DNA of 64,000 nucleotides from Oopsacas minuta (Eukaryota > Animalia > Porifera). The stretch covers positions 186,001 to 250,000 of the forward strand of contig JAKMXF010000320.1 of assembly GCA_024704765.1 (NCBI GenBank), in the 5' to 3' direction. This document shows, in pieces, positions 36,578-49,268 of the stretch (position 1 is the first letter of the stretch; each line of letters begins with the position of its first letter). A model generated the notes under the pieces. It had not been told where the DNA came from, ran no database searches, and saw only the letters and a program-made list of their open reading frames with translations. Both the position numbers and the translations under genes were made by a program.

Positions 36578-37125
36578 TGTTGCGTAGGATTTTGACTCGC
36601 ATCAAAATGTATAACAGCCATAGGATTTGGGCCCGCATCAAAATGTATTATTGTAGTAGGATTTTGACCCACATATAATGTATTATTGCCGTAGGATTTT
36701 GACCCACATATAATGTATTATTGCCGTAGGATTCTAACCCGCATATAATGTATTATTGTCGTAGGATTCTGACCCGCATATAATATATTATTGTCGTAGG
36801 ATTTTGACCCGCATATAATGTATTATTATCGTAGGATTCTGACCCGCATATAATGTATTATTGTCGTAGGATTCTGACCCGCATATAATATATTATTGTC
36901 GTAGGATTTTGACCCGCATATAATGTATTATTATCGTAGGATTCTGACCCGCATATAATATATTATTGTCGTAGGATTTTGACCCGCATATAATATATTA
37001 TTATCGTAGGATTCTGACCCGCATATAATATATTATTGTCGTAGGATTTTGACCCGCATATAATATATTATTATCGTAGGATTTTGACCCGCATATAATG
37101 TATTATTGTCGTAGGATTTTGACCC
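36578..37125 (+). repeat. Tandem array of 16 units of 35 bp (first two 36 bp) derived from the element TIR
   Basis: TAGGAT recurs at 36585, 36621, 36657, 36692, then every 35 bp to 37112. Unit CGTAGGATT(T/C)TGACCCGCATATAAT(G/A)TATTATT(G/A)T. Confidence 0.95.
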
Positions 37126-38325
37126 TAAAGTAATCTTACTTCTCTGTCATTTGACTTTTTCGATTTCCATACACTTTCATTACGTAATTACCACTAAATG
37201 TACATAATGTAATTCAACTTTAGACTTGCCATACGTATACGTAACTGGATAAACAAGTCAATTTAGAGTTGGATTCTAGAAAGTAGTGAATTTGTTTGAT
37301 AACATGTAAACTATGTTCCCACTACATATAACAAATTTACAATATGTATAATTATCCAAAATGCCAAATATAGACAGTGTATATAAATATTTTATAATAA
37401 TATTACTTGTACAGAAGGTGGTAGGTATTTGATAATTGTATTTAATAACTCATAATAAATAATATAATTTAACATGTCAATCTATATATTGCAATATATT
37501 CTATCAAATAACAAAAATATTACAAGCATTAACATGATAATGAATATTCGGAATATCTTAAGTACGAATTGTAGGCGATTTCATCTTTGCCCATTTCTCT
37601 ATACTTCCTGACATAGGATCCAACATCATTGTATATGCCATTCCAATCATATTTATTTCGGATTCCATCAATGGTAGTATTGATTCCAGGATGAGTGACA
37701 TTGTGATAGAATCCGATAATGTTGTCAATTTCTGAGACTAGTGGAATCTCCAAATATTTCACACAGCCATTTTTCTTTCTGAAAATCTACAAGAAATTAT
37801 TTTAGTTAAACTCAGAGGTTGTAGGTAGCATTGAGGGGCAGAGGAGTCCCCTAGCGTTTTCACCCTTCTCATCTCCCTATGGTACGCAAATTTAATGAGG
37901 CAACTACATATCTGCCTCCTCGCAGATATGTAGTTGCCTCAAGATTTCTAATTATGTCCCGGAAATAAGTATAAATCAAAAATATCATTCAGGAATATAC
38001 CTTCATTAGCTTATTCTCTTGAAAGTAAATCCCCTTGCACTTTCTGACAAAATTCTTCTTTCTGTAGCGATCACTCTTGATTTCTGGTGGGATAATATTC
38101 GTCTGGAGGTATCCACGAATTGCTTCATACTCTGTCGCATCCATAATGAAAAATGTCAAAAGTAAATATAAGTGTTGAAGTTGAAATCTAGAAATAAAGT
38201 AAAATGTTAGTGTGTGCATTCAGGAAGTCACACATGTATAAATACGAATACTATGTGACTAGGGATGAAATGTTGATATTACTTGATTTGCAATTGCTAC
38301 TTGCGGGTCAAAATCCTACGCAACA
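36578..38325 (-). mobile_element. Non-autonomous Ginger element, 1748 bp, nested in a pogo-like MITE
   Basis: 24-bp TIR TGTTGCGTAGGATTTTGAC(C/T)CGCA; perfect 4-bp TSD GACC (36574-36577 and 38326-38329). Two N-terminal integrase exons (MDATEYEAIRGYL...; FYHNVTHPGINTT...KYDWNGI). MITE halves at about 36535-36573 and 38330-38442. Confidence 0.9.
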
Positions 38326-38793
38326 GACCTCTATATTCCGACAGTTTTTCTGATCTGAAACAACTGCCGACAATACAAATTCCCTTGTATAATCCGACAC
38401 ACTTTTAATATTCCAACGAGTGTCGGTATGCAGAGTCCACTGTAATTTAAAGTTATAACTAATATGAAGGATAAATAAGTATTCTCTCAGTTCAATCCTA
38501 AGATTCTAATATAATCTATAATTAGTTTGGAAATCAGTAAGATAATTAACAAAATATTACTTATAATTATCAATCAAAACAAATAAAGTATAAAGTTACA
38601 ATTAGTATATCAGTTCACAATGCTATTGGATAACTTTCAACATATCAACTGAGTGAACTTTATTACTAGGTAAATGGTTAAGTTTAGTAAGCAAGATTGT
38701 ATTAGAGAGCTATAAATTGATAACTTTCGGAGGAAACAATAAATACAATTACTTCGATAACCAAAAATTACCAAATATACCTAATAATTCAAA

Positions 38794-39807
38794 ATGGAAA
38801 CACTGCTGGTAAGGGCTACAAGATTTCTTCAACCTGGAGAAAACAAACTAATGGGAAGAGCTGCATCTCTGAACAGTATTCATATGATTGATGGGATGAA
38901 CAGCAAAACACTTAACAGAACATTAACAAAAACAAAAGACCAACCATTCTCTTTCGGAATAGGAGAGGTCGTAAATGTACTAACTGATAAAGAAAAGGTT
39001 AAGGGACTACAGATGTTTCACGATAGGTGGATTGAGGATATGGACATAACGATAGGAAGGGAGGGAGTAGTGCGCTACATTTCACATAACGGAGAAATCG
39101 GGGTTGAGATAGAAGGAGTAAGATGGTTCTTCAACCCAAAGTGTCTCACGAAAGAAGATTTTTGTATAGGAGACACTGTAAAAGTCATTGAAGATGAAAA
39201 CAAGGCAAGGAGGCTACAGTACGGACTTGGGGAGTGGAGCAATTCACTTTATGGCATCCTAGGAAAGAAAGGTCAGGTTGTGAACATATACACAGATGGA
39301 TGTGTAGAGGTACATATCAATGATAAATCTTGGGCGTTCAATCCTAAATGCTTGGTGAAGAAACCTGAAATCGTGACGTATACGAGAGATGATCCAATCA
39401 AAGTAATTAGTAACGGGGACATGCTAAAAATGATACAAGGAATTGTAGGCTGGAAAGAAGGAATGGAAAAGCTGAGTGGGAAACATGGGAGAGTTATCGC
39501 TACACTTCCAAATAAAGAAATAGAAGTGAAAATTGAAGAAGTGCGTTGGGTGTTGAGTTACAAGTGTATCTACAAAAGCAAAGAGCCTATTATCAAGTGT
39601 AGAGTAGGGGATCATGTCAGAGTAAATGAGAATGAAGAAACAGTGAGAAACCTGCAAGAAATAAGTCGGATCTGGATAGAAGCAATGAATGTTACATTGG
39701 GGAAGAAAGGAATTATAAGCAGGGTGTATAGAGACGGGACTATTCGAGTAGAGATAGAAGGAAACGAATGGAATTTCAATTCGAAATGTCTCTCACTGTG
39801 CAATTAA
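38794..39807 (+). CDS. Protein composed of four Mind bomb SH3 (REP) repeats only, 337 aa
   Basis: Four repeats of about 68-75 aa of the form G(D/E)xV.V....(K/R)..LQ...G.W...M....G..G.V..I...G...VEI.G..W.FNPKCL. In-frame stop upstream at 38785. No RING, ankyrin, ZZ or Mib/HERC2 domain. Confidence 0.85.
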   Translation: METLLVRATRFLQPGENKLMGRAASLNSIHMIDGMNSKTLNRTLTKTKDQPFSFGIGEVVNVLTDKEKVKGLQMFHDRWIEDMDITIGREGVVRYISHNGEIGVEIEGVRWFFNPKCLTKEDFCIGDTVKVIEDENKARRLQYGLGEWSNSLYGILGKKGQVVNIYTDGCVEVHINDKSWAFNPKCLVKKPEIVTYTRDDPIKVISNGDMLKMIQGIVGWKEGMEKLSGKHGRVIATLPNKEIEVKIEEVRWVLSYKCIYKSKEPIIKCRVGDHVRVNENEETVRNLQEISRIWIEAMNVTLGKKGIISRVYRDGTIRVEIEGNEWNFNSKCLSLCN

Positions 39808-42337
39808 ATATTTTTGACATACAAATTACCCAGTTACAATAATCTATATTATTAAAACAATGGAATAAAATATTATTAGAAAATATTATATGTTTACACT
39901 TGCAGAATCAGTGAAGTGATCTTGGTACTCCAGAATATGGCGTGGGCAAATTTAACAAGTTAGTCCGGTGGTAGTCCAACTTTGTCTACCCACAATTTGC
40001 CTACTCATTCAGCACAATTAATATTTGTTATCATTTATTAAGTAACAAGTAATTTTGATATTCTTAGGATAGCTAACCACTAGCCAACTCCCCAACATAC
40101 AAGGGTATCTTAGCGCTAGTTCATTAAAATATTTCCACGAATCTTCAGGAAGAATTCTTTCAATCCATTTCACTAATCGGAACAAATTATTTTGCAATTG
40201 GAACGGCGATTTTCGGATTGGTGAGGGTGTACTGTAAATATAATATCTTATCCGAGTTTTATTGTATAGATCCTCGGGTATTGTATGTCAATATGCCAAT
40301 CCAGTGTGGCCAAACACTCTCTCACCAGCCAACGATCCAGAAATTTTGCGAACCATTTTGTCCCGGCTCCAATTTATAGCATGCATAACTATTGTATTTC
40401 AGTTTCAACATAATTAATTCATAATCATATCAACATTTCCTGTAAAATAACAGTAGTGAAATTTATATTATACATTTTTAATAAATCATGCGTCTAAGAT
40501 TTGAATCCCTGGATACAAGATATCATTCATCTTCAGCAGTTTGTCAGACAGACAGCACTCAAATTTGTCTAATAGCAAGGGTGTCAGAGGCATTCGTATA
40601 GCGGCAAGCCATTGGCCTAATTATTATTAAAGTAGTCAAGCCAAGTCTATAGGATTGAATAGGCAAAGGGTGGTTCTGGCTATGTTCCAACCAGCCTGAT
40701 TGTTTGCGCCGCCCCTGAGTAATCATCGTACGAGTGTTTAAATTTACGTGCTAACAACGAGCGAGCGAATATTTTATGGTCCGCTCGCTCCAGATAGTAG
40801 AGTCCAGGGAAATATATCTCCGTGTTCAGACATGATTGACAAAGGTTGGCTGATATGCATTCTTCCAAAATTTCAAACAGAAAGTCTAAATAATGAAACG
40901 TTACGACAAATTTACATAGGTATGAGAATAAACATCGTTTCAGAAAGCACACAATAAGTACGATTAACAGGAAATCTTTAAAATAATTAATTGATTTACG
41001 CTCAGCTCAGGTTTCCCAATTAGGTAGGAGGATGATCCAAACAATATTACTGAATAATACTATTATCAATTCTTGCATTAATCAAGAAATAGTTGACTGA
41101 CTTCATTGAAATTATGGTTATTAATTTATATGAAATATGTCTAATTAGTGAAGGCCAGGTAATCAGTAAATAGTTTGAATAAGATAATGAAGTGAAAATA
41201 TTATCAATATAAAGTTGATGAATAAAGTGAATCAATCTGATAAACCTCAATACATTAACCTCATACCTAGTAGCAGGACATATATTTAACCACAATTAAG
41301 ATTAGAAATACATTATAATTACGGTATTACTTACTTGCATGTCTAACTGGTATATATACATACACTTATCCATATAATTAACTGAATACTACCAAGAAAA
41401 TGTGTGATTTTATGACGTCAAAAAAGTGCTAACACCTCGTTTTTGGTGCGGGAATAGTTTAAAAGTAGTGGTAAATTTTAGTATACCTCATCATTACGAG
41501 CGTAAAACTCCGACCGTTATCGGTATAGTCGAGTAATTAGAATATTGTTGTGTCATGAAATAGTCATTTTGGTAGTTTGGGGCCGTATTCTGCTGCGTTG
41601 GCGTGGTTTTGAGATCTGCTCCGGCCACGCAGGGCACATTTTCAAAGTGAGAGAGCTCTGCCTTCTCAGGTTGATGTGGAATTTGCTCAGAAATCAAAAG
41701 TAAAAGTGACTCCTACTTATAGCTAATTTATTCGAAAAAATCCTCTTTGACATTTTGCAATTTAGAAACAAAATTAATTGTAACGAGCCTTTGGCTCGAC
41801 GCTTCCCGATGAACTCGGCGTATTGCGCTTCGAGGTATCCATTATTCTTCAAATTGACGGCCCCCTTTGAGTATTTTAATATAGATATATTTAGAACAAT
41901 GTAATTCACAAATATACGTATATGGCATGTATGTTATTGATTTATTTTGTAAGATCAGCTCCCTTTGTAGCTGTTGAGAGCAAGTATCTACCTAAATTTG
42001 GAGGTTTTGCTAATTTGTTTACTTTATATTCATGAAAACAACAATAAATTAACATATGAGAAACTTTAATATGTGAAATCAGGAGCATGAAATTGAGTTA
42101 TTTCCCTTTTCCGTAAGATTAAATTACTGATATTGACATTATAAATTTGACTGGAGATGTATTGGGAGCGTGGTCCCAAGAACCTCTATAACTTTATGTT
42201 ACAACCTCAACAGAAAAGTGTTAAATTTATTCCTTAATACCCAAATGTTCCTACATGTTCCTTTGATAAGTAAGATATATTTTATTTCCATAAAATAGTT
42301 ACAACACACATACTAAACAAAATTTACGAAATACAGG

Positions 42338-42376
42338 CACAGACGCAGACACAGACGCAGACACAGACGCAGACAC
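42338..42376. repeat. 12-bp microsatellite (CACAGACGCAGA) x3.2
   Basis: Read directly from the sequence. Confidence 0.9.
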
Positions 42377-43131
42377 ATCACATATGTTTTTGTTGTTGTT
42401 GTATTCACTGTAGAACTGAAAAAATTAGTGGGATCCTATTCAGTAGGTTGCTACATACAATTTCTACTGTTCATCTAAAACAAAATTTAACGTGATGAAT
42501 ACACTTTCGGACGAAACATTACCTAAAAGTTAGTAAATAGATTGTTGAATAATTGTAGAGACAATGATTAAACATAATCTGTTATACGGGGCATTCGAGT
42601 ACGATGATCCCTAATTTCTCACTTTCAATGGTATTCATATGTAAATAATAGTTCTTATGAAAAAACTCGAAGCACGAAATGGCAAGTTATATGGGAACAC
42701 AGAGTGTTCGCAAGCCGCAAGCGCGAGCATTCCTCTCTTTTGAGAGGAATGCTGCAAATTACCAGCAAGGGGCGTGCCTAATTAACGGGACGTGAGTGAT
42801 GTGACTTGACGACCCGGAAAATGTAGATACCTAAAGTCCGGGACATAATTCGAAATATTTGGATCTAATTTAAACATTAGATTCGTTTTTTAAGGCTGAT
42901 CAAACAAACTTCCCTAAATTAGGGTAAATCTATCAGAAGCAACAAAGAGAGAATCAATATCATACAATCTGTAATAAAACAAATGAAACCCTAATAATAT
43001 TATAACTAGTAATAATTAATCTAATCTCTTGAGTGTGTAATGTTAGCATCCTGTGAGATAATTGTATTCTGCTAGCAATTATACTAACTAGTGAGCGGAG
43101 CTGTGTAAAGGTATTTGAGCAGTGTTGATAA

Positions 43132-46100
43132 TCAGCGAGTGTATTTACCATAGATATGCAATAAGAATACACATCCTACGAATACGATGCTGATAATGAG
43201 GACGAGAACAGGATTCCTATAAACAATAAATTAACTAAGATTGACAGTCTCAAAAATCTATTCACACTTAGTTGGTGGCACAAATAATGAACTGAATTTC
43301 AATATTCATATCCACACTATATTATCAATTACTCTTGTAATGTTAGAAATTAATTGTCTAACTACTAGCGCGCAACTTAAATTGTACATTGGCGTAGGAA
43401 TCGGGGCGACAGGGGCAGCGATGGCCGCCCCACCTTTCATTACCATGCAGCTAATGGAATTGTGGGAACTCCTTTATACTCATCGTCTTCGTATGCTCAT
43501 GAGATTGTTCGTACTCACTTTAGCGAATGTATATCACAATTAGTAAAGTTATCAAAATACTACTAACTCGAATCGCTTGAATACCAATGGATAAATGATA
43601 GGTTTGTTTGGTGTTAATTCTTCGCAAAAACATCCAAATATAGCAACCTATACAGAATAAATCTCCACTCTAACCAAGTCCAGGGTGCCTCAAAATGACC
43701 CAGAACAACATCCAAGCAGGTACATATATTCACTAATCCAGGGTGGGTACCCACTCCAAACAAGCCAGTGCAACAAATTTCCATGCGATGGAGAACTGAT
43801 TGAGATAGATTTCGCTAAATTGAGTCTGGCTAAACTAGGTTTCGCTCAAGCGAGTCATGCTCCTATGAGTATGCTCAACTGGGGATAGCCCCCATGAGAT
43901 ACCTCGAGGAGCGGTCCATGCTAACTGGACAAACAGTGAACTCGGATACTTAAGCCCACCATACACGATACAACAATGTTGCATGGAAATATACATGCTC
44001 CTATTTCTATGCTACAAGTTTATTGCAGCAGTTTGGCTGCAATCATAGGCGGCTCCTGGCGCTGCCACTGGGGTGTGCATTGACTGGGGCAAGGATCCCT
44101 ACAAGGTCAAGGTGGGGATGAATGAACGAATGATTCAAGTGATGGTTAATGAGATTTCAGGTATTAAAAACGTGAGTAAAGATGCGTAGCTAGAAGTATA
44201 AACAAGGAACCAATTCATTTACTTACAAGAATAATTAAAAAAATTGTAATGAACGAACAAATCATAATAACTATAGTCATTTATCACATGAGTAATCATA
44301 TGTTCACACATATTGGTAAGTATTTCAAAATTGTCATAGATATTAGCGTACACCTGCTAGTTTAGGGTAAACAGGGACATAGAATTCGATTCTGACACTT
44401 TCAAATGTCTAACACGATTATATCAATACAATTTTAACATTTTCTTAGCTAAAATGAAATATTAAGTAGAAATTACTGTCCCAATAATCTGTATTTAATT
44501 AAATGAAATTAATCAACACAAACCGTATGAACTAAATAATATTTACTCAATTACGGGTTCGAAGGAGCGGTCAATTGGAAATAAAGTCTACTTCAAAATG
44601 CAAAGCACTGAGTTGATCGCGAAGCTACGCACGTATGCCTTAAATTAGAAAACATTGTGTAGGACAATGCTATAAGTCTATGACTAAAAATAGGGTATCT
44701 AATAGTAAATTGTTTAAGGAAGAAGAAGGGGAATTATATTCCGAAATGATTGTGATGAACATACACTTTTATTCCAGGTGAGTCGTCTCCTGTATAGACA
44801 TGCCACATCCCTCCTCCTCTGTTCGAAGGAACTCTCATTTGTTGACCAGCAGTTGTATTAGTTGGCCTCCTACATAAACGGATTTTATGAGCTTGATAAA
44901 ATAATTAATTCATATAAGAACATGAACTAAGAAATAATACTTAAAGAAACGCCTAATATTGCTCAGTGCAGGGCTGTATCAACCATTTTGAGGTGGCAAA
45001 TCAATTCAAAGTTGAATGAGTTGGCAACACAAATCAGGCCTAGTAGATGTATGGCAAGAAGGTATTAGTCTGTATACTGTAATGTTGATAACGATACAGT
45101 AAGTGTTATTACAGAGAAGTAACAATCTGCCAATAATTATAAAATACTAACTAAGATTCCTATATCTACTCTATGAGAATACCAAACATAGTGTGGTGAT
45201 CTCCATGGGTTCAAACTCTCCCAAGGGACCGGCTCATCGAAAAACTCAGTCTGTTTCGTTACTCGTTGGGATCTCCTGACATTTCTATTTTCATCGCAGG
45301 GAGGGTCAATTTCACTAGCTTTGTCCGCCAATCTGGTATTATTGATAAACTGTTAGTTTTGGTCCTTCACTCTCTGTTACATAGCTTCAGGTACTGACGC
45401 GACTACATCCAACTGATTGTGGGCGGGCACGACTTCGCATGTATTTAGATGTATCTATTTCTCCTTTTGGAATAGTGTGTCTCTCAATAATACATTGGCA
45501 CCTCTTTACCTGCATAGTAAGTATGGGCCTAGGTAAGGTGGGTCCAACGGTGGCTTCTTCGCTTTCTTGCGCTTAGCGTATTTCCTCGATCCAATCAATT
45601 TTCCCTGAATGCTATATATGTTATCCTCAAATATTGATTCATTATTAACTTCTTCGTTGAATCTGCCAGTCCCCTGCTCAACGCGTCTGCGGCCGTACTT
45701 TCGATCCCTGCCCTACATTTAACTTCGTATTTAACTCTTCAAGCTTCCTTAGCCATCTAGCAAACGTGTTACGGGGGTCCTTCTGTAACTTCATGCAAGC
45801 GAATGGATTATGGTCCGTGATCAAACAAATGTATATTGCAGCATTTAAGTAATGGTACCATTTCCTCGCTGACCAATGCCCAAGCTTCCCTTTCCCAGTA
45901 CCAGATCTTCGTTGACAGTCATTGAGAGTAGAAGAGAAGTAGCTGAGTGGACGTAATACGTTTGCAATCGGATCCTTCTGAGATAACACAGCAGCTACTC
46001 TAATTGAACTGGCGTCTGCTTCGATGTAGAAGGGCTTATTTCATCTTGGATGTGCCAGCACAGCAGGTCCTTCAGTAATTCTCCGACATTCCGGGTTAAA

Positions 46101-47575
46101 TGCTTCCTGACACTTTGTGTCCCAATTCCATTCAGTTGACTTCATCAATAATGCATATCAGGAATATGTAGTTTATCTGCCCTAAGAACCATTGTAACTC
46201 CTTTATCCTTGTCGGGTAGGGAACTTAAGTATACGTTCCACCATCTCTTTGATCGGTTTGCCATCTTTAGAAATCTCATGTATATCCGAAACGGCACTTG
46301 TCGCGTCTGAGTTAGACATTTGCCACCTTGAAACACATTAGTGCATGCCTCACATCCCTTACATGGTCTTCGAAGCACGTCGAGTAAGTTACGCAATCGT
46401 CTATGTAAGACTCAGTATTCTTGGCGTTGGTGTCGATAACTCGCTGAAACGTGCTTTGACTATTGCATAGACCCAAAGGCATCACTAACATTTCGTAGTG
46501 TCCGCAGGGTAGAAGTAACAATCTGCCAATTATTAATAAATTCTAACAAAGATTCTTATATCTACTCTTTGTAACAATGTGTGCGAATAAGAAGTTGGCA
46601 ACGAATATTCATTACAGGCTAAAGTGTGTTATTCCGTGGAAATTTGATATCATTGACTTTCTTTGAGGAAATCTATAGTTGAAGCATGCTGAATTGAATA
46701 AACTTTGTCAACAATTTTTTAACTATGGTTACATCATATTATATGACACTTTAAAGTGCCATGTTGGTCTACGAGGGGATAAACTCTGCACTTCGTGCCG
46801 GTGTATAACAAAGCTGAAATTATAAGATAAAATTCTCATGGTCCATCCTAATTTCATTTAATGGCCTCCTGGGGACACACTGGAGATGCTATGTCGCTTT
46901 TGGTTAGAAGTCTCGGTACATTGGGCCTCAGGTATCAAGAACTTCTGAAAATTTGCATGTGGTTGTATGGTGATGATGAATAGTGGCAAAAAATGTGATT
47001 TTCGAAAAATCACATTATTTATCTCGGCTCAGCCAATATACATGATAGAAGTTTGAAATTTTGATCACAGGTACCCCTCAATATGCCACACGTTCAGATG
47101 TCATGATTCTGACCAAAAGCTAAATCATTATGATTGTACAATAATCCAAATTTTCAGAATTTCTTAATACTCTAGGCACGAAGTACAGAAGGCCATTGAA
47201 TGTATTTTGGATCGGATAATATAATCTTAAAATTTCTCCTTATTATGAACTCAAGGCACTATGTGCCGAGTTTATCCCGTCGCGTAGCGACCAATGCACT
47301 AAGAAATTTATCTACTGAAAACGTAATCTAACTACACAAAGCTTTTGGCATGGACCTAGAAAGCGAAGCGCGCTAGTAGTCAATCAAGTGTATTACTATC
47401 AAAGCATGATCATGTGACAACTGATCTCGATAAATAGAGTAATATTCTCAATGATAAACATGTTATCCGAGAAGCAAATTAATACTAACCTGACATTTCT
47501 TACGGTGCCTTTAGGAGAAGCAGCGGTTGGACGTCTAGAAACACTGGAAGAAGTAGTTACACTACTGGTAGACCC
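43132..47575 (-). CDS. SEC61B: Protein transport protein Sec61 subunit beta; exons 47575-47490, 44869-44765 and 43216-43132; first coding exon not fixed; missed by the ORF track
   Basis: The GT-AG spliced product is GSTSSVTTSSSVSRRPTAASPKGTVRNVRRPTNTTAGQQMRVPSNRGGGMWHVYTGDDSPGIKVNPVLVLIISIVFVGCVFLLHIYGKYTR*, and the phases are consistent (0, 2, 2). It matches the Sec61beta MWRFYTEDSPGLKV..VPVLV...LHIWGKYTR signature. Confidence 0.92.
45115..46576 (-). mobile_element. Deleted Gypsy LTR retrotransposon remnant inside the SEC61B intron
   Basis: RT (GHYEMLVMPLGLCNSQSTFQR, YIDD), RNase H (FYIEADAS, TDHNP) and integrase tail (LGPY). A direct repeat of about 60 bp at 45115-45175 and 46510-46576 is probably an LTR fragment. 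Confidence 0.8.
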
Positions 47576-49268
47576 CTATAAGAAATGAAATTCCTACTTA
47601 AGTCAAAGATAATGTTGATATAAAAATGTCCAGCTGACAGACTGGTAGTGCAGCTCAAGGTTATTTATTTTTGTTAAATTCAGGGGCAGCGCGCCGGCCT
47701 GACCCCCTGGTAGATGCCACAATGCACCAAAACCCAACTCATTTTGGGTTTCTGGATTTGATAAATATTTCAGGATAATCAATATTATTCGTCCCCTACT
47801 GAACTTCATGTTCTATCCTCAAATCATATGAATAAAATTCTAAATAATTATCCTGCAATTACCCCCTGTCTACTTTTAAAACGAAATCTCTAGCATCAAT
47901 TTGAAAATATGATAAATCATGATGTATATATAGATTGAAAATATTTTAATTTTGAATCTACATACTCGATTACCTGACTAGTAACCCTATAGCATGGACG
48001 ATGTGCGACGTCCTTATGTCCATCCGTCTGCGCTCCGTGCGAAATCTAACAGTCAGATTTACATCAAAAATGGTAAACATATACATTTTGGGTCGGAGAA
48101 TTGCACTTCGGGTATAAAGATTTTCTAAAGTGTATATTTGACGCCTTTCTACGTAAAATACAAATGCAAGCTAGAAATTAGTTTTCAACATGTTGTCAGG
48201 GGTAATTTGGTGCATAGAGTTCGATTTTGAAATTTGGAGTTCTGAAAGTTACAAATTCACAGATTCATCATATGATTAGTGATATTTTTTCACACCATTT
48301 TGCATATCATTCAAAATCATGCTAGAAATTATGTTTTAACTTCTCTCTATAGAGTATAGAAGCTGCACTAAAAATAAAGTATTATGGTTCCTTTATGAGG
48401 ACCAGATGTCACAAGATATAATATAGCAAAATCAAATAAGTAAAATTGAAAATAATGATTTCAAGTCGAAATATATGCAAATAAGTGAAATTGCTATTAA
48501 AAGAAATTTGAAAGTCCTACGAGTGAGAGGATTGGTATAGCGCCCGCCAGCTCGAGAGAGAATAAATGTCTCCCTCTTAAGTAATCACTATAATATTAAA
48601 GCTGTATCGAAAATCCTGTTCTAATTCGGAATCTGACTGTATACGGCCATGTACTGGATACATGCCCAGGACCGGATATGAACCTTTATCCAGTCGGATA
48701 TTGTCCATATTCAAGGGTGGAATAATTAAATCAGACACAGAGAAATCAAATATGTTATCGGAATTCGTATTAGCCGTAGTAATACTAATTCAATAACCAT
48801 TGTAGTGACCTGATTTTGTGTGAATATTTGTCCGTCTTATCTGGAAATTCATATTAACCATGTTCGTATTAAAGAGGTAACACTGTCTATTTAAATACAT
48901 TGCTCACAAATTATGTAAATGTTACGGACCATGTTGACATCAAATATTAAAATGCCAGACCCAAGCCAATATCTTGTCGAGCGTATTCATTTTGTATTAG
49001 TGATAAGATGCCTTTGATGATATTTCAGAGAGGATACGCAATATTCGAATCGTTGTCTAACATATTATACCATATGAAATTGAGAATTGGGGCTCAATGG
49101 ACTTTATAGCAGACAAGCTACTTTGAACTAAGTTACTCTCTGCGAGCACTCTACTATAGGAGGTAGGTTACATCGTGACATCCCCAGAGGTTTTCTAAAT
49201 TCAGAAAATGTTTATAACTTCTAATGTGGTAGATGTTAACAATTATCAACAGTTAGCCAGAATAATAA

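Noticed and set aside
36578-37125. CRISPR-like array
   Set aside because: The units are head-to-tail with no unique spacers, there are no cas genes, the context is eukaryotic, and the unit derives from the transposon TIR.
42320-42385. Micro-ORF MCLRLCLRLCLRLCLYFVNFV from the 12-bp repeat
   Set aside because: A by-product of the microsatellite; no evidence of coding function.
43700-44150. GC-richer stretch in the SEC61B intron, including ORF 43685-43888
   Set aside because: All six frames contain stops and I recognise no motif; probably an old repeat fragment.
44751-44775. Apparent LTR 3' end (AATAAA...ATCACA on the minus strand) for the Gypsy remnant
   Set aside because: This is the SEC61B exon end (GGAATAAAAGT) and its GTATGT donor; no matching TSD was found.
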